A DNA stretch of 27,607 bases, taken from positions 1 to 27,607 of the forward strand of contig JANOQV010000055.1 of assembly GCA_031414955.1 (NCBI GenBank). Reading direction: 5' to 3'. The stretch's first letter is position 1; every line of letters begins with the position of its first letter. Below are positions 18,024 through 24,502 of this stretch, in pieces. A model generated the notes under the pieces. That model saw only the letters and a list, made by a program, of their open reading frames with translations, searched no databases and was not told the DNA's origin. This stretch comes from Pedosphaera sp. (GTDB lineage Bacteria > Verrucomicrobiota > Verrucomicrobiia > Limisphaerales > SIBH01). The translations under genes and the position numbers were made by a program.

Positions 18024-18509
18024 ATGTCTGCATCAGCAACGCCCCGCACGCGCCATCCGCTCGCGCTACGGCTTCAATGCCGCAAGGAATGGGTCGAAGG
18101 CCAAGGCACACTTGCCGAAGTCGCGGACAGGCCCGGCATACCCCGTCAAACGCTGGTGGCGTGGTACCGCCGCGAGCACTGGACCACAGCCCGCAACCGC
18201 TGGCGAGAAAAGCAACTGAGCGACAACGACACGCCAGCCAAGCTCCTCCCCTGCACCCCAAATCCTGCAAATAACGCAGACAATCCGCACGCGAGCAAAA
18301 TTGCCCGGCTGGAAAGTCAGCTTGATTCCCTCGACAACGCTTTGGACAACGCCAAAACGGCTGACGAATGGCACAAGCTCAGCACGGCGCGGCAGCGGCT
18401 TTTTGAGCCGTGGCGAATCCTGTGTGGAATTCCGCTGCCCGGCTCGCGAAAGCCGACAAGGGAAAAGCAACCCAAGCCAGCGCCGCAGAGCTACGGGCCG
18501 GTTGAGTGA
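18024..18509 (+). CDS. HTH + coiled-coil protein, terminase small subunit-like
   Basis: ATG at 18024. CRKEWVEGQGTLAEVADRPGIPRQTLVAWYRREHW resembles the N-terminal HTH of TerS/gpP-like proteins, followed by helical heptads (KIARLESQLDSLDNALD). Confidence 0.55.
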   Translation: MSASATPRTRHPLALRLQCRKEWVEGQGTLAEVADRPGIPRQTLVAWYRREHWTTARNRWREKQLSDNDTPAKLLPCTPNPANNADNPHASKIARLESQLDSLDNALDNAKTADEWHKLSTARQRLFEPWRILCGIPLPGSRKPTREKQPKPAPQSYGPVE

Positions 18510-18523
18510 GGGAAGGGGCGCTT

Positions 18524-19594
18524 TCAGGGAGTCACGGTCAATTCTGCGATGGTCTTCTCGTCAGTCGCGCCGATGTTGGCGACACGAACTGAGTACGTTC
18601 CGGCATCCTCCGCTTGCGCACTCGAAATTCTGAAAATGCGGTTGGTGCCAGTAGCGATGGCGTCACCGTCCTTGAGCCACTGATAGCGGAAGGGCTTCGA
18701 TCCCGTGGCGGTTGCACTCAGAACCACCCGCCCGCCCGTCTCGGCGGTAATAGCGCGCTGGCGTGTGATGATGTGTGGCGGAATCACCACCTTGATTCTG
18801 ACAGGTTCGGTCCGAATGGTAGCCAAGCTGTTTTTTGCCTCGATTTGATACCGGCCCCGTGAGCGGAGTTGGATGTTCGTCCGAGATAAAACGGAATTCG
18901 TTTGCCGTGGCAGCTTGTGTCCATTGAACCACCATTGGTAACGCATGGGGTGGGCACCCGTTGCTTCAGCCGGCAGGAAAACGTCGCTGCCAACAAGCAC
19001 CGTCTGGTTTGTGGGCCAGAGGATTAGAACTGGCGGACCTGATTCCAACACGGGCGGAACCATCGCCAACACGGATACGTCGTCAACCATGAGATCCACA
19101 GCGACGCCGCCATTCGCGGACGTGTCGGTAATTCGCACGGTGGCAAAATCCGCGTTGCTTGAATTTGTGAACGAGAAGGTGTGCTTGATGAATCCATTGG
19201 TGCCAGCCAGCGGACCCGGCGAAATGTTCGTGAACGAATAAGACGCCAAGAGGCTGTTATCCGGCGCAAGCACGTCAATCCGTCCGCTTGCCGTGCGTCC
19301 GGGATAATTGTCCCCGTTCGCTGCCTCGTTGAACGTCAGCAAATAGTCAGTGTTCGTGGGGAGTGAAAAGCTCTGTGACAATGTGGAATTCGGAATGTCC
19401 GCTCCGCCTATGCTCGCGCAATTTGTGCCCTCAACTCCGAGTGCCGGTGAACTAGGAGGACCGAGGATTGAAAGGCCGCCCGTGAACGTCCAACCGAGTG
19501 CGCGATACTCAAAGCTGCCATTCACGAGCAGATTTTGCGCGTGGCTGCACGTCACAAGTACAAAGACCGCTGCGGTGGTAAACAGGTTTTTCAT
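18524..19594 (-). CDS. Secreted protein: DUF642/CBM-like jelly-roll domain plus two Ig-like domains
   Basis: Signal peptide ending SHA; QNLLVNGSFE...MVDDVSV; Ig motifs PMRYQWWFNG...GRYQI and PFRYQWLKDG...DAGTYSVRVAN. Confidence 0.8.
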   Translation of the reverse strand: MKNLFTTAAVFVLVTCSHAQNLLVNGSFEYRALGWTFTGGLSILGPPSSPALGVEGTNCASIGGADIPNSTLSQSFSLPTNTDYLLTFNEAANGDNYPGRTASGRIDVLAPDNSLLASYSFTNISPGPLAGTNGFIKHTFSFTNSSNADFATVRITDTSANGGVAVDLMVDDVSVLAMVPPVLESGPPVLILWPTNQTVLVGSDVFLPAEATGAHPMRYQWWFNGHKLPRQTNSVLSRTNIQLRSRGRYQIEAKNSLATIRTEPVRIKVVIPPHIITRQRAITAETGGRVVLSATATGSKPFRYQWLKDGDAIATGTNRIFRISSAQAEDAGTYSVRVANIGATDEKTIAELTVTP

Positions 19595-19663
19595 GGATTT
19601 CTCTGCTCAAAAACTCCTTGGCTCACTCAAGACCAGCCAAGCCGCAACACAATGTTCCTTCTG

Positions 19664-20206
19664 TCACTCTTTCTTTGGGCTCAAATCTCTCAGCAGATTG
19701 GCCCTAAGCCCATAATCCCACCAATCCCGAAGTGCCTGTGCGTCAGCCAGACGCTTTGCTTCCGCTTCTGCGGCAAGGCGCTTCTTTTCGGCGTCCGCTT
19801 GGCGTTGATTTTCCGCCGCAAGTTCCGCCTCGTACGCCTCTCGCCTCAGAAGTTCAACACGCTGTCGTTCCCGTTCCAATTCCGCTTCGCGTTTCGCTCG
19901 CTCGTCCTCTACGAAGCGGCGGAGGTTTGCACTCTGTTGGTTCTGCTCGAAAATCTGCGCGTTGGTTGCGTTGTAGTTGTATCGGGGCTGAAGATCGGCG
20001 GGAAGATTGGCAAACTTCAGCTTGGCAATCCCCACACTGCCCGGAGCCGGTGCATATTCGATTACGATGCCGTTCGGATCGGCACGTTGAATTACTGCGT
20101 TGGTGTACGTCGTGCCGTCGCGGGTGGTGATGGAATTTGTTTCGGCAGCGTGCAACGACGCGCATAGCGCAATGGCCCCGGCGAGGATGAAATGCTTCAA
20201 TTCCAT
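19664..20206 (-). CDS. Secreted hypothetical protein with small beta domain and charged coiled coil
   Basis: Signal peptide ending LHA; ITTRDGTTYTNAVI...DPNGIVI...GIAKLKFANLPADLQ; E/R/A-rich helix. Confidence 0.7.
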   Translation of the reverse strand: MELKHFILAGAIALCASLHAAETNSITTRDGTTYTNAVIQRADPNGIVIEYAPAPGSVGIAKLKFANLPADLQPRYNYNATNAQIFEQNQQSANLRRFVEDERAKREAELERERQRVELLRREAYEAELAAENQRQADAEKKRLAAEAEAKRLADAQALRDWWDYGLRANLLRDLSPKKE

Positions 20207-20309
20207 AACGGTTCAGCGTTTCCGAAACTGGCAAAGTCTCTGAACGATTGCCACGCCTTTCTTTGGCGACTTCGGCGGCAAAGCGATTGCCGGAATGGAG
20301 AGGTTCCGA

Positions 20310-20338
20310 TTGACACCCATGACGCCGCACGTTATGAG
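20310..20338 (+). promoter_or_regulatory. higBA promoter with overlapping palindromic operator
   Basis: Perfect TTGACA (20310-20315), 17-bp spacer, TATGAG (20333-20338, imperfect -10). Inverted repeat CATGACG-N5-CGTTATG (20318-20336) spans the spacer and -10. Confidence 0.65.
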
Positions 20339-20347
20339 TGTGCGTGA

Positions 20348-20629
20348 ATGATACGCAGTTTCGCCTGCGCGGAAACGGAGCGGCTGTTCAATGATGAATC
20401 ATCACGGCGGCTGCCAAACCAGATTCAACGGACGGCGCGGCGGAAATTGCTGTTGTTGGATCAAGCGCGGCGTCTGGACGATTTGCGCGCCCCGTACGGC
20501 AATCATCTGGAAGCCTTGAAGGATGACCGCAAGGGCCAACACAGCATCCGTGTGAATGACCAGTGGCGCGTTTGTTTCCGCTGGGAAGGCGCGGATGCGT
20601 TCGACGTAGAAATTGTGGACTATCACTGA
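20348..20629 (+). CDS. higB: HigB toxin (RelE/ParE superfamily, plasmid-maintenance killer type)
   Basis: MIRSFAC...ARRKLLLLD...DLRAPYGNHLEALKDDRKGQHSIRVNDQWRVCFRW...VEIVDYH. Confidence 0.93.
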   Translation: MIRSFACAETERLFNDESSRRLPNQIQRTARRKLLLLDQARRLDDLRAPYGNHLEALKDDRKGQHSIRVNDQWRVCFRWEGADAFDVEIVDYH

Positions 20630-20634
20630 CGACC

Positions 20635-20949
20635 ATGAAAACGAAGAAGCTGGCCCCGATTCATCCGGGCGAAATTCTCGCGGAAGATTTTATGAAGCCG
20701 CGCGACCTTTCGCAGAACGCGCTGGCGCGGGCGTTGAACGTCCCGCCCCGGCGCATCAATGAAATCGTGCTGGGCAAGCGCGCGATCACGGCGGACACGG
20801 CCTTGCGGCTGGCGCGCTACTTCGGCACGACCGCGGAACTGTGGACGGGCTTGCAGGCGGATTACGATTTGCGCTTGGCGCGTCAGGAGAAAGAGCGGCA
20901 GATCGAACGGGACATTGAACCGTTGGCGTTGCAACTCGCGGCAGCGTGA
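20635..20949 (+). CDS. higA: HigA antitoxin (Xre HTH)
   Basis: ATG at 20635; PIHPGEILAEDF...LSQNALARALNVPPRRINEIVLGKRAITADTALRLARYFGTTAELWTGLQ. Confidence 0.93.
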   Translation: MKTKKLAPIHPGEILAEDFMKPRDLSQNALARALNVPPRRINEIVLGKRAITADTALRLARYFGTTAELWTGLQADYDLRLARQEKERQIERDIEPLALQLAAA

Positions 20950-21887
20950 CGCAGGCAAATCCCAATCAATTCTTCCCTCCGCTTGTCGAATTGGCGCGGG
21001 ATCGTGGTGTAATCGGCGAAGTCCTGCAAAGGTACTCGTGGGCGCTGGCTGCGGCTGACAAATGGGCGGAGCAGGAAGCCGATTACAAAGAAAAACACAA
21101 AGACCTGAATCGCCTGCCATTGCCCGATCCGTGGAAGTTCCTGATTGATGCACCAGCGGTTTTAGAACATCACCGGGCAATCTTTCGCGCGGCTCAAAGT
21201 CAACTTGTAGCGTGGCGTCAACTGCTCCACATGGCGCAAGGATTCGCCACGGGAAAGACGGACTGGCATCAAGAGGCGTTGGCAGCACGGCAGAACGGCG
21301 ACAAGAAACGAGAGGAACACGCCGCGGGAAAACTTGCCGATGCGATGTCGCAATTCGCCCCGATTCAAGCTGACGTGCGGAGGCACGCGAAGGATCGCTC
21401 CGAACTATTGCCGCAAATGGAGCACTGGTTGAAGAAGCGGCGAAGGCAACTTGTCCATCGTGGCAAACGAGAGCAGGCAGAACAGGCCAAAGAGTGGCCG
21501 TGTGGGAATGAACTTCGCTCGCAGCATCCGGTTGAATGTATGCTTGTCGAATGGTGGGTGCGGTGTGGTGCGGGCGGAGTGCCAGGGCTGATGTTCTTTG
21601 GAAACAAGGCACTATGGCAATTGCTGGATACACTTCTACCGCCGCCACGAAACCAGACCATTACCGAACGGAACGTGAAAAACATGCGTCAGAATTTGAT
21701 GCTAATTCCTACCAGCGACCAAAACTCGTGGGTGTGGACAGTGAATCTCGAACAGATTTCTTCGAGTGACTGGCGAATCACAGGAGAGCAGCGGAACGGC
21801 AATCCAGCTTTCACGTTCCAAGGGCAAATCAGCTTCAACCAGAAGGCCATTCACCCATCGTCAAATGTGCCCAAAAGTTGTGTCTAG
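20946..21887 (+). CDS. Hypothetical protein (313 aa) translationally coupled to higA
   Basis: GTG overlaps the higA stop (GTGA). Long ORF in AT-richer DNA with a helical N-half and a Trp-rich alpha/beta C-half; no motif recognised. Confidence 0.65.
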   Translation: MTQANPNQFFPPLVELARDRGVIGEVLQRYSWALAAADKWAEQEADYKEKHKDLNRLPLPDPWKFLIDAPAVLEHHRAIFRAAQSQLVAWRQLLHMAQGFATGKTDWHQEALAARQNGDKKREEHAAGKLADAMSQFAPIQADVRRHAKDRSELLPQMEHWLKKRRRQLVHRGKREQAEQAKEWPCGNELRSQHPVECMLVEWWVRCGAGGVPGLMFFGNKALWQLLDTLLPPPRNQTITERNVKNMRQNLMLIPTSDQNSWVWTVNLEQISSSDWRITGEQRNGNPAFTFQGQISFNQKAIHPSSNVPKSCV

Positions 21888-21973
21888 TCGGAATGTTTAA
21901 GACATGACGCCGATGCCCGACGATGACGGGCATGAAAACGAAACCATTATTGGTCTGTGTTCTGAATCTGCGT

Positions 21974-22021
21974 CCTGCGTTCCTGTTTCTCTGGATACCC
22001 GCATTCCTGCATCTCTGCATA
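21974..22021. repeat. Six tandem degenerate 8-bp repeats (consensus about YCTGCATY)
   Basis: CCTGCGTT CCTGTTTC TCTGGATA CCCGCATT CCTGCATC TCTGCATA, preceded by a partial TCTGCGT. Confidence 0.65.
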
Positions 22022-22064
22022 ATACCCCTGACGCAATCCTTGCGAACCTCAAGGGATCGGCCTT

Positions 22065-22373
22065 GTGATGCCGCACGGACTCAGCAGCTACTTTGTCACC
22101 CAAGCGCGACAGAGCGGGCTTGCAGACGTGGACATCGCCATGTTGATAGGCGACAAGACCGGCCCGGCAATCATCGCCCACACTTACGGCGACGTGCGGC
22201 CGGAGCATTTGCTGGCGCAGGCGCGGAAGATTTCGCTGACAACCACGGGCGAGAGCGCGGCGAGCGGCAGTAGTATCGGGAGTAGTATCGCGTTGCCTAC
22301 TGTCGCAGCCGGTTGCAGCCCGTCGCCTCAAGGCAACGATGCGGCTAAAAGCCTTGAAAACACGGGCGCATGA
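22065..22373 (+). pseudogene. C-terminal remnant of a tyrosine recombinase/integrase
   Basis: HGLSSYFVT (HxLR box with R->S), IAMLIGDKTG (LGH-equivalent box) and IAHTYG (catalytic Tyr). In-frame TGA at 22029-22031 and no upstream integrase domains. Lies next to the att copy. Confidence 0.75.
22269..22289 (+). repeat. Putative integrase arm-type sites, right end
   Basis: AGTAGTATC-GGG-AGTAGTATC, same orientation and period as 17689-17709. Confidence 0.7.
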
Positions 22374-22420
22374 TGAACATGCTGCAACGCAGCGAAACGG
22401 CGTGCGACGCTTCCGGCATT

Positions 22421-22466
22421 ACTTCGGATCAGATGGTTACAGGTTCAAGTCCTGTCGGGCGCACCA
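22421..22466 (+). repeat. att copy: displaced 3' half of tRNA-Arg
   Basis: ACTTCGGATCAGATGGTTACAGGTTCAAGTCCTGTCGGGCGCACCA, 42/46 identical to 17588-17633; begins at the anticodon loop. Confidence 0.92.
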
Positions 22467-22798
22467 CTTTTCCACAGCAAATCGTGGAATTCGGCTTTCC
22501 GCGCCGTGACGAATTCCCCCGAATCATACCAACTCCCTGTGAACATTTGTGGAATGGCCGGGGTGAGGAGGAAGGCAGTCATCGCAGTTCGTTCCACCAG
22601 ATTTCAACCGCAGTTTGTATAAAAGCGTCGCCCTCAGCCGACGAGCAGGTCAGCGCTCCTCGTCGCGCTGACTTTTCAGCCGGCCGGTTGCGAGACCTTC
22701 GCGTCTCGCAGCGGTGGCGCTTCCAAGTCGCGTGCCCAAGTGCAGACGGAAACGAAATCCGCGTTTGCAAAACCGCCCTGATCGCTATGCTGCGGCCG

Positions 22799-23449
22799 AT
22801 GCGCTGCCTCGTCACCGCCGGACCGACTTTCGAGCCGCTCGACCAAGTGCGGCGGCTTACCAACCATTCCACCGGCCGGCTCGGTTCTGAACTTGGCCAG
22901 TATCTCGCCCTGGGCGGGCACGAGGTCACGCTGCTTGTCGGCCAGCAGGCCACCTGGCGCGGTGGTGAACACAGCGCAGTCCGTGTCGAAACCTTCACCA
23001 CCACGGACAATCTGCGACTCCGCTTGCGCGCGCTGGCCGATGAGGGGTGGGAGGCCATCTTTCACGCCGCTGCTGTGAGCGACTTCACGTTTGGCAAAGC
23101 GTTCCGTCGCGATGCCGAGGGTGCGTTGCAGGAGGTGCAATCGGGTAAACTCTCCACCCGCGGCGAACCACTGCTCGTCGAGTTGGTGCCGACGGCAAAA
23201 GTCATCGCCGAGCTGCGCGGTTGGTTTCCACGCGCCACCATCGTGGGCTGGAAGTACGAGGTGGATGGCTCGCGGGCGTCGGTCATCGAAAAGGCCTCGC
23301 GGCAGATCTTCGAGAACCAGACCGACGCCTGCGTTGCCAACGGCCCGGCCTATGGCGAGGGCTTTGGACTGGTGACGCCGGAAGGCTGCGAGGCCGTTTT
23401 GGATGCTAGCAGCCTCTATCTGACGCTCGACCGTTTTATCCGCTCCTGA
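22799..23449 (+). CDS. coaB: Phosphopantothenate--cysteine ligase-like protein (CoaB/DFP C-terminal domain), stand-alone
   Basis: MRCLVTAGPTFEPLDQVRRLTNHSTGRLG, HAAAVSDF, VGWKYE and CVAN. ATG 22799 lies 7 nt after a TATGCT -10-like hexamer. Confidence 0.82.
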   Translation: MRCLVTAGPTFEPLDQVRRLTNHSTGRLGSELGQYLALGGHEVTLLVGQQATWRGGEHSAVRVETFTTTDNLRLRLRALADEGWEAIFHAAAVSDFTFGKAFRRDAEGALQEVQSGKLSTRGEPLLVELVPTAKVIAELRGWFPRATIVGWKYEVDGSRASVIEKASRQIFENQTDACVANGPAYGEGFGLVTPEGCEAVLDASSLYLTLDRFIRS

Positions 23450-23457
23450 GCAACCGC

Positions 23458-24495
23458 TTAGAACGTGTAGGTCGCCCCGATGGTCAGGAAGATTGATTCG
23501 CCGAAATCCACCACCATCTTGCGTCCGCCCATGCCGTGCTTATACGAAGTCAGGCTCTGGAACTGGAACCCACCGGTCGCGCTCCAGTGCTCATTGAACC
23601 GGTAATTGAGATTCAATGCGCCGTAGCCGCCCCACAGCACATCGACGTCGCTCATGCGTCCGCGCCGCGTGGTGCTGCCGGCTTTGGTCGTCGAGATGGT
23701 GTCAGCCCAAGAACCGTGGCCGTCCAGAATTCCCACCGCCAGGCCGGCGGAGAGGGATAAATCCCAATTCGTGCCCAGCGGAAACTCCAAATACGGCCCG
23801 AGGCGGAAGCCCCACAGGTCGGCTTCGAAATTACGTTTCCCGATCACGCTGTCCCCGATCGAGGTTGAAGCCAAGGAACTGTCCGGCGTATCGGAGATGA
23901 CAAAGCCCGCATTGCCATAACTTCCCTGGTAAGGACCGGTTGGAGGCGTGGTGCCCGGGGTGAAACCGTAGGTGTCGGTCGTGCGCGACGTCACCACCGA
24001 GGCGCTGCTTCGATCCTGGAAGTTCAGGTTCAGATAATTTGCCGCCACCTCGAAGCCGTAGCGCTTGGTCCCGCTCACTCCGAGCTGCCGGCTGAAGGTC
24101 ACTTCTGCGCCCGGCGACGGTCCGGCCTGGTCGTTGTTGGGATCCGCCTGCGTGGTCTGTGAACTGGACCGGCTCAACTGGATGCCATTGCCCGAGATTT
24201 GCCCGCCGTTGTCGTAACCCCAGTACCACGTCTGCCCGCCCGCGTTGTCGCTGATGTCGCGCAACACGTAGCCGTCGTCGTAATTGTAGAGGTCGCCCCC
24301 CGGCGTGCGGCGCGGCGCGGCCGCCCTCGGGGCGCCTGCGCTGAAGCTGCCCGCGCCCGTGAAGCGCGCCTCGATGTTAAAACCGAACCGGGCCGAAACG
24401 GTGATCCGGTTGGTCACTTCCTGCTCCGCCCGCAGCGAGGTGGGGAACACCGTCGCCGCGCCGAGCACCAGTATCAGAGGGAGTTGCTTTTTCAT
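23458..24495 (-). CDS. Putative outer-membrane beta-barrel protein
   Basis: Signal peptide ending LRA; alternating amphipathic strands (WGFRLGPYLEF, WDLSLSAGLAV, YGALNLNYRF); C-terminal BAM-type signature IGATYTF. Confidence 0.75.
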   Translation of the reverse strand: MKKQLPLILVLGAATVFPTSLRAEQEVTNRITVSARFGFNIEARFTGAGSFSAGAPRAAAPRRTPGGDLYNYDDGYVLRDISDNAGGQTWYWGYDNGGQISGNGIQLSRSSSQTTQADPNNDQAGPSPGAEVTFSRQLGVSGTKRYGFEVAANYLNLNFQDRSSASVVTSRTTDTYGFTPGTTPPTGPYQGSYGNAGFVISDTPDSSLASTSIGDSVIGKRNFEADLWGFRLGPYLEFPLGTNWDLSLSAGLAVGILDGHGSWADTISTTKAGSTTRRGRMSDVDVLWGGYGALNLNYRFNEHWSATGGFQFQSLTSYKHGMGGRKMVVDFGESIFLTIGATYTF

Positions 24496-24502
24496 GTTCA
24501 GA

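Larger units (their letters stand above)
17588..22466. mobile_element. ~4.9-kb tRNA-Arg-integrated genomic island / decayed satellite-like element
   Basis: 46-bp direct repeat of the tRNA 3' half at both ends (42/46 identical), arm-type repeats at both ends, tyrosine-integrase remnant, higBA, and visibly more AT-rich sequence and codons than the flanks. Confidence 0.88.

Noticed and set aside
20563..20634. Longer higA start from the ORF track
   Set aside because: Overlaps higB; ATG 20635 gives a typical HigA N-terminus.
21897..22331. Alternative ORFs (144 aa minus, 116 aa plus) around the integrase remnant
   Set aside because: They span the 8-bp array; the 22065 frame carries the recombinase motifs.
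22421..22466. Second tRNA gene
   Set aside because: Only the 3' half is present, with no 5' acceptor strand or D arm; it is the att copy.
22689..22710. Hairpin TGCGAGAC-N6-GTCTCGCA as a terminator
   Set aside because: No U-tract on either strand and no second copy in the window; function unsupported.
22370..22798. 143-aa N-terminal extension of the CoaB ORF
   Set aside because: Runs through the att repeat and intergenic DNA; homology starts at MRCLVTAG (22799).
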